This document shows, piece by piece, positions 17,892-27,397 of a stretch of 39,035 bases of DNA. How positions within the stretch are numbered: position 1 is the first letter of the stretch; the number at the start of each line of letters is the position of its first letter. The stretch comes from Bdellovibrionales bacterium (GTDB lineage Bacteria; Bdellovibrionota; Bdellovibrionia; Bdellovibrionales; Bdellovibrionaceae). Where the stretch lies: NCBI GenBank assembly GCA_031370005.1, contig JANMPT010000042.1, positions 1 through 39,035 on the forward strand, written 5' to 3'. Made by a program: the position numbers and the translations under genes. Below the pieces are notes generated by a model. It was not told where the DNA came from, did not search any database, and worked only from the letters and a program-made list of their open reading frames with translations.

Positions 17892-18710
17892 TTATTTCAA
17901 ATTTGAGATCTTTCTTGAATCTGACTCTAAAAGTATACCCTCACTCTTCAAATAAAAAAACTTTTTTAGCCACTCCTGTCTGGATAGGGAAACCTCTAGC
18001 TTCATCATTAAGGCCTGTTCAATAAGCTGGTCGAGGCTGTACTTTCGATCTTCATGTAGCAAGTCCACCACAATAGCATCCCAGGGATCTCCCTTGTATT
18101 CACGCACTCTCTGCAATGAGTAATCATAATAAAAAAATGTAAGTCCAGGGGTTAACTCCACTTCCTCGACCTTTGAAGTACAGTAAAGACTCTGGAGTGA
18201 GGGGTTCAGCAAAATACGACCTTGCTCATGGGAAGGAAGACCAAAATCAGCAAAACTTAAGTAGGACCAAAACCACTCTTTTTGTGCTATCAGATAAAGA
18301 TCAGAATCATGTACTGTACGTTTTAAAAATATCGGAAAATAACGAAAATGACCGCTGAGTAGGGGCCCTTGCCAAGGAAACTCCGAAAGATAAGATCTCA
18401 TAACTTCTGTCAAATCCAGCTTTAGATAACTTGAAGTTTTCGGGAACTCTCTTCGAAAATCTTCAAGTAATACTTGTAGAAAATCATCCGAATTCCCCTG
18501 ACGGACTTCTTGTGGTTTTAACCAGAGAAGGGTCTCCTCAAGAATCGCTTCATAAACAATTCGATGAGTCTCGGGAATAAGATAAGAATGTGTTAATAAG
18601 ATTTTAGTATTATTATCCGCCAATAAATACTCACGACGGCATGCCGCCACACCAAGGACATCATAATCTTTTAGCTGACGAGGCTCCTGAAGATATGGCA
18701 TGATTTTCAA
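17892..18710 (-). CDS. Hypothetical protein with a DUF2063 (HvfC/BufC)-like central region
   Basis: The pattern FPKTSSYL...YLSEFPWQGPLLSGHFRYFPIFL...IAQKEW...LLNPSLQ resembles the DUF2063 pattern FP..t...Y...P....l...g..Fp.FL...lA.lEW...l.Psl. Judged by eye only. Confidence 0.45.
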   Translation of the reverse strand: MKIMPYLQEPRQLKDYDVLGVAACRREYLLADNNTKILLTHSYLIPETHRIVYEAILEETLLWLKPQEVRQGNSDDFLQVLLEDFRREFPKTSSYLKLDLTEVMRSYLSEFPWQGPLLSGHFRYFPIFLKRTVHDSDLYLIAQKEWFWSYLSFADFGLPSHEQGRILLNPSLQSLYCTSKVEEVELTPGLTFFYYDYSLQRVREYKGDPWDAIVVDLLHEDRKYSLDQLIEQALMMKLEVSLSRQEWLKKFFYLKSEGILLESDSRKISNLK

Positions 18711-18751
18711 ATTCTACTGTTTGAAATCTTACCAGAGCAAGGATTTGTTCG

Positions 18752-19477
18752 ATGATCTACAATCTCGCTGAAAAAACATGGCCTATGATTGAAACATATC
18801 TTAAAAATAAAAAAACCATCATCATTCCAGTAGGCTCTACTGAACAACATGGTCCCAATGGATTAATAGGAATTGATTTTTTGAGCGCCTGGGAGATAGC
18901 AAAAAAGGTGGGTGAAAATACCAAAACCCTAGTAAGCCCTCCCCTTTGTTTTGGCATGGCTCAGCATCATATGGCCTTCCCAGGGACTATGAGTCTGACC
19001 CCCTTAACCTATATTTTAGTTCTTACGGAGCTCTTTCAAAGCCTTGCTCACCATGGCTTTGATGATTTCACTGTTATCAATGGACATGGCGGAAATATTC
19101 CATCTATTAACTCCGCCTTTTCACAGGTATTAGGAAACAATCAAGATTATACTTTTAAACTTATCAATTGGTGGCACTTGCCAGAAGTACAGGCATATGA
19201 AAAGGAGCACTTTGGTGATGCCAACGGCTTCCATGCAACCTGTGGCGAAGTTTCTGTTACCATGCATACTCACCAAGAGGCTTATAAAGAAGTTCCTAAT
19301 AACTTCAAATTCGAGCCCACTATTCGCGAGTATCCTTGGCCAATGAGTCCACAACAGTTTAGAAAGGTCTTTCCTGATGGCCGGATGGGCTCTGACCCGA
19401 GCCTTGCAAGCCAAAAGCATGGTGAAATAATCTTCAAGCTAGCCGTGGATGCGATTAGTCAAAAACTAGCAAAATAA
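18752..19477 (+). CDS. Creatininase/MftE-family amidohydrolase
   Basis: Motifs PVGSTEQHGP, D, HMAFPGT, NGHGGN and HA..E.S (metal ligands). Confidence 0.92.
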   Translation: MIYNLAEKTWPMIETYLKNKKTIIIPVGSTEQHGPNGLIGIDFLSAWEIAKKVGENTKTLVSPPLCFGMAQHHMAFPGTMSLTPLTYILVLTELFQSLAHHGFDDFTVINGHGGNIPSINSAFSQVLGNNQDYTFKLINWWHLPEVQAYEKEHFGDANGFHATCGEVSVTMHTHQEAYKEVPNNFKFEPTIREYPWPMSPQQFRKVFPDGRMGSDPSLASQKHGEIIFKLAVDAISQKLAK

Positions 19478-19541
19478 CACGATGGCTAACTAGAGTTTTT
19501 ACTTTTGACCGAGAGTCTAGAGCATGCCAGAAGTTGACCCC

Positions 19542-20108
19542 ATGAAGCGCATCCTGTTTTTACTAGCCACATTTTCAATTCAATATGTACTTGGAGTTCA
19601 AAGCTTCAGCGGTAGTCTAACTAAAAAAGGGCAAAATTACTATTTCACCCCAAAAAGCTCTGAGCTTTTTTATAAGATAAACTCACCTTCTGATATTGTA
19701 CTAGATAGCCTGAATCGCCTTGAAAATGGTGACTTCATTATTGGTAATGGAACACTCGATACTACCAATAAAAAAATCAATATTGAAAGCATTGACTACG
19801 TCGGACTTCGTAAGCTTTTGGGCCCTTGGAATGGAGCTCACGGTTCCATGAATTTCAAGGACTACTCAACAATGAGTTTTACGCCTTACCTCAGGGATAC
19901 TAAACTAGTAGAAAAAATCACGGGTCATCAAAAAGAATTTCGCTATAGCATCTCCCCAAATGATGGAAATGAGTGGGCATTATTCATATCAGATGACAAA
20001 AACACCAGCTTTGCTACTGTGGAATTTATTAAGAAAAGAGTCCTTATAAAAATATTTGAGTCTGAAAGTGGTAAGATTTTACGCACTTTCAAGCTTGAAA
20101 GACCTTAG
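19542..20108 (+). CDS. Hypothetical exported protein
   Basis: MKRILFLLATFSIQYVLG is a signal-like N-terminus followed by a beta-rich body. No family recognised. Alternative start at 19524. Confidence 0.7.
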   Translation: MKRILFLLATFSIQYVLGVQSFSGSLTKKGQNYYFTPKSSELFYKINSPSDIVLDSLNRLENGDFIIGNGTLDTTNKKINIESIDYVGLRKLLGPWNGAHGSMNFKDYSTMSFTPYLRDTKLVEKITGHQKEFRYSISPNDGNEWALFISDDKNTSFATVEFIKKRVLIKIFESESGKILRTFKLERP

Positions 20109-20112
20109 GTAT

Positions 20113-21087
20113 ATGACTTGGACCACAGCGACCGATTCAAAGCTCTTTTTCTCACGAAATGACTCCTCAGATCCCCGTCTTGGCAACTGGGTTTCAGGAT
20201 TACCACTTATTAAACTGCAAGATCTATCCTCAATAAAAAGTCCTTCATCTGTGCTCTTGGCCTACCCCGACGATGAAGGCATTGGATTGAACGGGGGCCG
20301 CACAGGAGCTAAAGAAGCACCTCACTTTATTCGATCCTATTTGTATAAAATGACTCCTTCATTACTAAACTCCCATCCTTTATCTTTAGTCGATCTTGGC
20401 AATGTACCCACCCATATCCCATTGCCAGAACGCCATGAGCGTGGTCGAGAAATCATTGAGGCTGCTCTAAATCTGGGGCATAAGACTCTGAGTCTGGGCG
20501 GCGGACATGATTATGGTTATGCCGATGGAGCTGGTTTTATTGACCATTGCCTTACTCAAAAGCAAAAAAAAAACTACAGACCTGTGGTGATCAACTTTGA
20601 TGCTCACTTAGATGTTCGCTCTATTGAGAATGGATTCCATAGTGGAACACCATTCAACCGCCTGCTAACTCAGTACGAAGGACAGTTTGACTTCATTGAA
20701 GTCGGTTTACAAAACCAGTGTAATAGCTCAGAGCATCTTCAGTGGGCCAAAAACAAAGGAGCTCAAATACTTCCACTTCAAACAATTCGTGAAGTGGGTC
20801 TGAAAGAGTCCTTAAATGCAATGATCACCGGATTTAAGGGACGCCCCTGCTTACTCAGTGTGGATATTGATGCCTTTACTTCGGCAGAAGCTCCGGGTTG
20901 CAGTCAGTCTTGGACCACAGGACTTCATATTCAGGAGTTTTTACCAACTTTGAAGATGCTACAGTCCTATTTAAATGTTAAAAGTCTAGGGGTTTACGAA
21001 GTTTCTCCACCTCTAGATCAAGACCATCGCACAAGTAAACTTGCAGCTTTGATTTTACACCATGCCCTTTTTCATACTGAGAATTGA
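20113..21087 (+). CDS. hutG: Formimidoylglutamase (arginase family)
   Basis: Motifs DEGIGLNGGR.GA, GGGHD, NFDAHLDVR, SGTPF, SVDIDAF, APGCS and EVSPPLD. ATG at 20113. Confidence 0.88.
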   Translation: MTWTTATDSKLFFSRNDSSDPRLGNWVSGLPLIKLQDLSSIKSPSSVLLAYPDDEGIGLNGGRTGAKEAPHFIRSYLYKMTPSLLNSHPLSLVDLGNVPTHIPLPERHERGREIIEAALNLGHKTLSLGGGHDYGYADGAGFIDHCLTQKQKKNYRPVVINFDAHLDVRSIENGFHSGTPFNRLLTQYEGQFDFIEVGLQNQCNSSEHLQWAKNKGAQILPLQTIREVGLKESLNAMITGFKGRPCLLSVDIDAFTSAEAPGCSQSWTTGLHIQEFLPTLKMLQSYLNVKSLGVYEVSPPLDQDHRTSKLAALILHHALFHTEN

Positions 21088-21105
21088 CGTTAAGGAGCTA
21101 TCAAA

Positions 21106-22185
21106 GTGAAATATCCACCAGTGAACTATCATGACTACTTAAAAATTGACCAGCTCCTATCTGCTCAAACTCGTCGCAGCGAAGAGCTGGGAAACCCTGC
21201 TCATGATGAATTACTTTTCATCACAGTACACCAAGCTTATGAATTGTGGTTTAAGCAGATTCTTTTTGAAATTGATTCTGTATTAGATATCTTTTCAGCT
21301 CATCCGATTGCTGAACAAAAAATGGCCCTGGCTTCAGCTCGGATTGATCGGGTCATCGCCATATTAAAACTAATCATGGGTCAAATTGATGTTCTAGAAA
21401 CCATGACTCCACTGGATTTCTTGGAGTTTCGAGACTATCTTTACCCCGCCTCTGGATTTCAAAGCGCCCAGTTCCGTCTCATTGAAACGAAACTGGGTCT
21501 TAAGGAAAAAGAGCGTTTGTTGTTCAATCAAACCCCATTTTACAAATATCTTCCAGAAGGCCAGCAAAAGTTAGTTCAAGAAGCCATGCAAAAAGATTCA
21601 CTCTTTGAACTTATAGACAAGTGGTTGGCAAGAACTCCTTTTCTTGAAAACAAGGAGTTCGATTTCTGGTCGGCCTATAAGACTGCTGTCACACAAATGT
21701 TTAACGGCGACCGTGAAACTGTTCGCATAAATCCACAACTGACAGATGATATTAAAAATAAAAATATAGAGATGATTGACGCTTCAGAGAAGACCTTTCT
21801 TTCAACCTACAGTGAGGTCGATTATAAAAAACTACAAGAGGACGGTCACTTTCATTTGTCATTTAAGGCTTTCCATGGAGCTTTGTTGATTTATCTTTAT
21901 CGAGACCAATCCATCTTCCACTTGCCATTTAAAATCTTAAGTTCACTAATGGATATCGATGAGTTACTAACTCAGTGGCGTTATCGTCATGCTTTAATGG
22001 CTCATCGCATGCTCGGACAAAAGATTGGCACCGGTGGTTCATCAGGTCATGTCTATTTGAAACAAGCCACTGAAAAACACAAAGTATTTAGTGATTTTTT
22101 CAATTTAAGTACGTTCTTAATTCCCCGTTCAAAGGTCCCACCTTTGCCGGCCAGTCTTCAACAAAAAATGAATTTTAACTACTAA
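21106..22185 (+). CDS. kynA: Tryptophan 2,3-dioxygenase (long form)
   Basis: Motifs YHDYL, HDELLFITVHQAYELWFKQ, PASGFQSAQFR, WRYRH and KIGTGGSSG. GTG start after AAGGAG. Confidence 0.95.
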   Translation: MKYPPVNYHDYLKIDQLLSAQTRRSEELGNPAHDELLFITVHQAYELWFKQILFEIDSVLDIFSAHPIAEQKMALASARIDRVIAILKLIMGQIDVLETMTPLDFLEFRDYLYPASGFQSAQFRLIETKLGLKEKERLLFNQTPFYKYLPEGQQKLVQEAMQKDSLFELIDKWLARTPFLENKEFDFWSAYKTAVTQMFNGDRETVRINPQLTDDIKNKNIEMIDASEKTFLSTYSEVDYKKLQEDGHFHLSFKAFHGALLIYLYRDQSIFHLPFKILSSLMDIDELLTQWRYRHALMAHRMLGQKIGTGGSSGHVYLKQATEKHKVFSDFFNLSTFLIPRSKVPPLPASLQQKMNFNY

Positions 22186-22201
22186 CACAGGAGTTTTATT
22201 T

Positions 22202-24061
22202 ATGGCTAAACAAACCCAGGCCTTTAATGCCGAAATCAAACAACTTCTGGATCTAATGATCCACTCTCTCTATTCCCATAAGGAAATTTTTATCCGCGAG
22301 TTGATATCCAACGCATCAGATGCTTTGGATAAGATAAAGTTCCAATCCCTAACTCAGGATAACTTGATAGTGCCAGGCACAGAATTGATGATTCATTTAG
22401 AGCCCAATAAAGAATTACAAACACTAAAAATTACCGATAATGGAATTGGCATGAGTCCTGAAGAAGTTGTCGAATATATTGGTACAATCGCTCGGTCTGG
22501 AACAAAACGTTTTGCTCAACTGAATCAGGAGTTAAAAGAAAAACCTGAGCTTATTGGACAATTTGGTGTGGGCTTCTATTCCTCATTCATGGTGGCAGAC
22601 AAAGTGACTCTTCATACTCAAAAAGCTGGCACCCATAGTGGCACTCTTTGGGAAAGTAAAGGCGATGGCACCTACAGTATTGACGAAATCCCACGTGCTG
22701 AAGGTCATGGCACAACGATCACTCTTCATTTGAAAAAAACCGAAGAGGAAGAAGAAACTCAAGACTTCACTGATCCCTGGACTTTGAAGTCTTTGGTTAA
22801 AAAATACTCTGACTTTATAGCTTATCCAATTCGCATGAAGGGCGAAAAAGAGGAAGAGGTTTTGAATAGTCAAAAAGCTTTGTGGCTAAAATCCCCTTCA
22901 GAAATCACTGCTGATGAATACAAAGAGTTCTATCACCATTTAAGTCATGACTGGAATGATCCAATTAAGACCACTCACTACAAAGCCGAAGGGACTATGG
23001 AGTTTACAGCTTTGTTGTATCTTCCAACCAAAAAACCATGGAATTTTAATACCCGTGATACCGAATTTGGCCTCAGTCTTTATGTGAAACGCGTTTTTAT
23101 CATGGCAGATTGCAAGGACCTAATCCCACAATATCTACGCTTTGTGAAAGGCCTTGTGGATAGTTCGGATTTATCATTAAATGTTTCCCGGGAAATCCTT
23201 CAGCAAGACCGCCAGGTCACCCAAATCCGTAAAAATGTAGTCAATAAAATTTTGAGTGCACTCAAAGATATGATCAACAAAGAACGTGGACTGTATGAAA
23301 CATTCTGGAAAGAGTTCGGTTCTACCTTAAAAGAGGGCTTTCCAGGGGACTCTGCTAATAAAGAAAAGCTACAAGAAATTACCCTTTTCAAAAGCACTGG
23401 GGTTGAAACTTTGACCACACTTGAAGAGTATGTAAGTCGTATGAAATCAGATCAAAAAGAAATCTATTTTATGACTGGTGATGATCTTAATAAAATGATC
23501 GAGAGCCCGTACCTCGAGAAACTCAAAGAAAAAAATTATGAAGTGATCTTACTTGCTGACCCAATCGATGAATGGGTGGTCGAAGCCGTTCGCGAATATA
23601 AGGGCACGAAGCTTCAATCCGTAACCAAAGAAGATTTAAACCTCGATAGTGAAGATGAAAAGAAAGCCAAAGAAGAAGAAAAAAAATCTTACTTAGAAAG
23701 ATTTAAACCTTTAATGGAATCTATAAAGGAAACTCTCAAGGAACAAATTAAAGACGTAAATATCTCAGATCGATTGACAGAAACTCCGGTGTGTTTAGTT
23801 GCTGGAAATCACGACCCCTCAGCGCACATGCAAAAAATCTTATCACAAATGGGTCAAGATCAAGGTGTGAGTGTAAAACGCATTTTAGAAATTAATCCAA
23901 AACATCCTGTGATCGAAAAAATGTTAAGCCTGCAAGCCGACCAGCAGAAATTGTGGACCGAAGTCCTCTACTCCCAAGCTTTGCTCAACGAGGGGTCCAA
24001 TATCCCTGATCCAAAAAGATTTAGTAAACAGTTGGCCGTACTTATGTTAGGGGTGCAATAG
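22202..24061 (+). CDS. htpG: Molecular chaperone HtpG (Hsp90)
   Basis: Motifs HSLYSHKEIFIRELISNASDA, DNGIGM, IGQFGVGFYS, LNVSREILQ and LEINPKHP. Confidence 0.98.
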   Translation: MAKQTQAFNAEIKQLLDLMIHSLYSHKEIFIRELISNASDALDKIKFQSLTQDNLIVPGTELMIHLEPNKELQTLKITDNGIGMSPEEVVEYIGTIARSGTKRFAQLNQELKEKPELIGQFGVGFYSSFMVADKVTLHTQKAGTHSGTLWESKGDGTYSIDEIPRAEGHGTTITLHLKKTEEEEETQDFTDPWTLKSLVKKYSDFIAYPIRMKGEKEEEVLNSQKALWLKSPSEITADEYKEFYHHLSHDWNDPIKTTHYKAEGTMEFTALLYLPTKKPWNFNTRDTEFGLSLYVKRVFIMADCKDLIPQYLRFVKGLVDSSDLSLNVSREILQQDRQVTQIRKNVVNKILSALKDMINKERGLYETFWKEFGSTLKEGFPGDSANKEKLQEITLFKSTGVETLTTLEEYVSRMKSDQKEIYFMTGDDLNKMIESPYLEKLKEKNYEVILLADPIDEWVVEAVREYKGTKLQSVTKEDLNLDSEDEKKAKEEEKKSYLERFKPLMESIKETLKEQIKDVNISDRLTETPVCLVAGNHDPSAHMQKILSQMGQDQGVSVKRILEINPKHPVIEKMLSLQADQQKLWTEVLYSQALLNEGSNIPDPKRFSKQLAVLMLGVQ

Positions 24062-24095
24062 CAGAAAACTTCGAGGATGCATCACCAGCTTTGAG

Positions 24096-25118
24096 CTACC
24101 TAGTGTTTCGCTCACGAGGCAGCTCTGGTACTTGTGGTAAATCAGACTCCTCTTGGTAGTCGCCACCCTCTTCGAAATTTTTTTCGGTGGGCTCAATCGG
24201 CTTTGGCTCTCGTATACCACGAGTTGCTGGGTTTTCTTTCCTGTCGATTTCCTGACCATTTCTATTGTGATGGATGTCCTCTTCGCTGATAATCTCTGGA
24301 ACTATTGTCGGCACCGGGACTGGCCTAGCAAGAGGGGGCGGACCTTGCAAAATAGTCTCTGTAATTGTGATTTTGCCTTCCAGTGGCACACTCACTTCAA
24401 TCTTGCGAATAGGATCTAAGTTTTCCAAGATCTCAGCTTTGATATACAGCATATTGTTTTTAGAATGTTGATACTCAAATTGATTGAAACGTAAAACTTG
24501 ATTCTTGTCGGGATTATAATCGAGCATCAAACCATCACAGCTAAAACTTTCAATAATGTCATATTTATTAGACTTTAATTTGCAACTAATTTTTGGATTC
24601 AAAATCCCCGTCGCGAAACCTAAAACATCTGGTAGATTTCCACCACGAAAATTCATTGTTAATTCCTCAGGCTTTAAATGACTCCAATCACCGATTTTAA
24701 TGAAACTATCTTTGGTATTGCACTGATGCATAACTTCCGCACTCTGTGGAACTCCCTCTACCCCTGGGATATTTCTTATCATCGAATAGACATCACATTT
24801 AAAAAGCGACTTGTTCGATAATTTCTGCTTCATTTCTATTAAAAGTGCTCGTTGCATTTTTCCAAATATAGACCTGCCAACTGGCGATTTTTCCTTTCGA
24901 ATCACCCATATGGACTCTCGAAAGATTGCATCCATTTGCTCGAACCAATGCAAGATCTTTTGAAGCTCCTTATCGGAGTTTTTTGCAACATCAGTGCCCG
25001 CAGGTCCCTTGAGAACAACTCCTGCCGCTGGCTTAGGAGTTTCTGAGATTACGTCCTTATGAGGGGTGCAGCTTGCACAAAAAATAAGCATGGCCAGTAT
25101 AAATTTAAAAATATGCAT
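24096..25118 (-). CDS. Hypothetical lipoprotein with Pro-rich linker and acidic disordered tail
   Basis: Lipobox-like LIFCASC, paired Cys residues, PPPLARPVPVP and an E-rich C-terminus. Confidence 0.7.
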   Translation of the reverse strand: MHIFKFILAMLIFCASCTPHKDVISETPKPAAGVVLKGPAGTDVAKNSDKELQKILHWFEQMDAIFRESIWVIRKEKSPVGRSIFGKMQRALLIEMKQKLSNKSLFKCDVYSMIRNIPGVEGVPQSAEVMHQCNTKDSFIKIGDWSHLKPEELTMNFRGGNLPDVLGFATGILNPKISCKLKSNKYDIIESFSCDGLMLDYNPDKNQVLRFNQFEYQHSKNNMLYIKAEILENLDPIRKIEVSVPLEGKITITETILQGPPPLARPVPVPTIVPEIISEEDIHHNRNGQEIDRKENPATRGIREPKPIEPTEKNFEEGGDYQEESDLPQVPELPRERNTR

Positions 25119-25194
25119 ATTTCGACTTCCCTTTGACTTACCTAGTACAAATTCTTTAACCTATTTAAGCTTATATAAACAAACTGAAGGACAT

Positions 25195-26871
25195 ATGGAA
25201 AAAATTTGGCTCAAAAACTATCCAAAAGGCGTTCCAGCAGAAATAAATATTCAGGAATATTCTTCTATCATGCAAGTATTCGATGAATCCTGCCAAAAAT
25301 ATCCTGAAAAAATGGCTTTCACAAATATGGGAGTAGGCATGACCTACTCCAAACTTCATCAGAAGGTCCAAAGTTTTGCAGCCTTTCTGCAAAATGAACT
25401 AAAGCTAAAAAAGGGAGATCGCATAGCTCTTCAAATGCCCAATATGCTTCAATTTCCTATTGCACTTTTTGGAGCACTCCGTTCTGGCCTAATGATAGTA
25501 AACACCAATCCACTCTATACTGCTAAGGAAATGCTTCACCAATTCAAAGACTCTGAGCCCAAAGCCATTGTGATCATGGCAAACTTTGCCCACTTACTGG
25601 AAGAAATCATTAAGGACACAAAAATTGAATCAGTGGTGGTCACGGAACTCGCGGAGCTATTCCCCTTTCCTAAAAATTTAATCATCAACTCTGTCCTCAA
25701 ATATGTTAAAAAGATGGTTCCGGCCTATTCTCTTCCCCATGCTTACAGTTTTAAACAAGCCCTTGAGCTTGGCCATGAAAAAAAGGCTCAGCATGTGCAA
25801 TGCGCACCCGAGGATATCGCCTTTCTACAGTATACAGGTGGAACAACTGGGGTTTCTAAAGGTGCCATTCTTACTCACCGCAATATCATCGCTAATATGC
25901 TGCAGATTTGCGCATGGATGACTCCGGTTTTAAAAGAAGGTGAGGAAGTTTGCATAACTCCGCTTCCAATGTACCATATCTTTTCCCTCACCGTGAATTG
26001 CTTAGCTTTCATGAAATACGGCACCCACAATATTTTAATTACCAACCCACGAGATCTTCCAGCCCTGATCAAAGATATGAAAAAACATCATTTCACTCTC
26101 ATGTCTGGAGTGAATACTTTATTCAATGGGCTACTACATAATGATGAGTTTAAAAAACTAGATTTCTCTAAGGTAAAAATGAGCGTTGCAGGAGCCATGG
26201 CCTTACAAACTTCAGTCTCTTTACGCTGGAAAGAAGTTACCCACAGCTTAATCGTTGAGGGCTATGGCTTAACTGAGGCCTCACCAGTTGCTTGCTGCAA
26301 TCCAATTGATGGCCGTGACAAAGTGGGCACGATCGGCTTTCCACTGCCAAGCACGGATGTAAAACTCGTTGATGACGATGGTAACGAAGTGGCTCCAGGT
26401 CAGCCTGGAGAAATTTGTGTTTTTGGTCCTCAGGTGATGCAAGCATATTGGAATCGTCCTGACGAAACTGCCCAGGTTATAAAAAATGGCTGGCTTTATA
26501 CAGGCGACATTGCCACTGTCGACAATGATGGATATTTTAAAATTGTGGATCGCAAAAAAGACATGATCTTAGTCTCTGGCTTTAATGTTTATCCCAATGA
26601 AGTGGAAGAAGCCATTGCCTCTCATCCTGGAGTTCTCGAAGTGGCTGCTATTGGCATTCCAAATGAGCACTCTGGTGAGGTTGTGAAAGTTTTTGTTGTC
26701 AAAAAAGATCCGTCCCTAACTGCTCAGGATGTGATCGACTATGCAAAGAAAAGTCTTACGAATTACAAGCTGCCACGTGAAGTTGAATTTAGAACCGAAC
26801 TGCCGAAAACAAATGTTGGTAAAATCTTGCGACGCGCTTTGCGCGATCAATCTTTGCAAGCAGCGAAGTAA
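25195..26871 (+). CDS. fadD: Long-chain fatty acid-CoA ligase
   Basis: Motifs MEKIWLKNYP, LQYTGGTTGVSKGA, EGYGLTE, TGDIA, DRKKDMILVSGFNVYPNE and LPKTNVGKILRR. ATG at 25195 after GAAGGA. Confidence 0.95.
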   Translation: MEKIWLKNYPKGVPAEINIQEYSSIMQVFDESCQKYPEKMAFTNMGVGMTYSKLHQKVQSFAAFLQNELKLKKGDRIALQMPNMLQFPIALFGALRSGLMIVNTNPLYTAKEMLHQFKDSEPKAIVIMANFAHLLEEIIKDTKIESVVVTELAELFPFPKNLIINSVLKYVKKMVPAYSLPHAYSFKQALELGHEKKAQHVQCAPEDIAFLQYTGGTTGVSKGAILTHRNIIANMLQICAWMTPVLKEGEEVCITPLPMYHIFSLTVNCLAFMKYGTHNILITNPRDLPALIKDMKKHHFTLMSGVNTLFNGLLHNDEFKKLDFSKVKMSVAGAMALQTSVSLRWKEVTHSLIVEGYGLTEASPVACCNPIDGRDKVGTIGFPLPSTDVKLVDDDGNEVAPGQPGEICVFGPQVMQAYWNRPDETAQVIKNGWLYTGDIATVDNDGYFKIVDRKKDMILVSGFNVYPNEVEEAIASHPGVLEVAAIGIPNEHSGEVVKVFVVKKDPSLTAQDVIDYAKKSLTNYKLPREVEFRTELPKTNVGKILRRALRDQSLQAAK

Positions 26872-26889
26872 TTAAAACTACTTCCTAAT

Positions 26890-27297
26890 CTAGGCTTTGT
26901 TGTGTTTCTGAAAGGCAGTCTTTAATTTATCTTCAAGAATTTTTGCGGAGAATGGCTTCACGATATACTGCGATGCCCCCGCAAGAACAGCCTCCGTCAC
27001 TTGATCGCGCTCAGCCTCTGAAGTCAAAAGAATGAATGGTAAATTCGTCCACTCAGCTTGAGTCCGCACATGCTTCAAAAGATCAATGCCCTTCATCTGT
27101 GGCATATTCCAATCTGAAATCACAAGTTGAATGCTATTTCCAGGAGTATTCAGCTGAATCAACAGGCGAAGGGCCTCTTCGCCATCACTAGCTTCTTGAA
27201 TATGTTTATAACCTAGTGCCTTCAAATGATTTTTCACTAAATCTCTGATAGACGTCATGTCGTCAATAACCAAGATTCTTGTTTCAAGTGGAAACAT
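26890..27297 (-). CDS. Second CheY-like single-domain response regulator
   Basis: Motifs ILVIDD, ISDWNMP, LTSE and YIVKPF. AGGAG SD. Clearly paralogous to 11165-11590. Confidence 0.9.
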   Translation of the reverse strand: MFPLETRILVIDDMTSIRDLVKNHLKALGYKHIQEASDGEEALRLLIQLNTPGNSIQLVISDWNMPQMKGIDLLKHVRTQAEWTNLPFILLTSEAERDQVTEAVLAGASQYIVKPFSAKILEDKLKTAFQKHNKA

Positions 27298-27397
27298 AGA
27301 AAGCTCCTAACTTTGTACCTCTTTAGTGTAAGAAAAGAAATGCACGCTGTACAAGCCCCTCTTTGTCGCCTCGACCTAAGTTAGACTTGAAACTGCT

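Noticed and set aside
18648..18671. KDYDVLGV resembling a DnaJ J-domain start
   Set aside because: No HPD motif or J-domain helices follow.
25066..25194. N-terminal extensions in the ORF track (fadD; likewise 12060, 20056, 36520, 36643)
   Set aside because: They overlap neighbouring genes or promoters; downstream ATGs match the family N-termini and in several cases have an SD.
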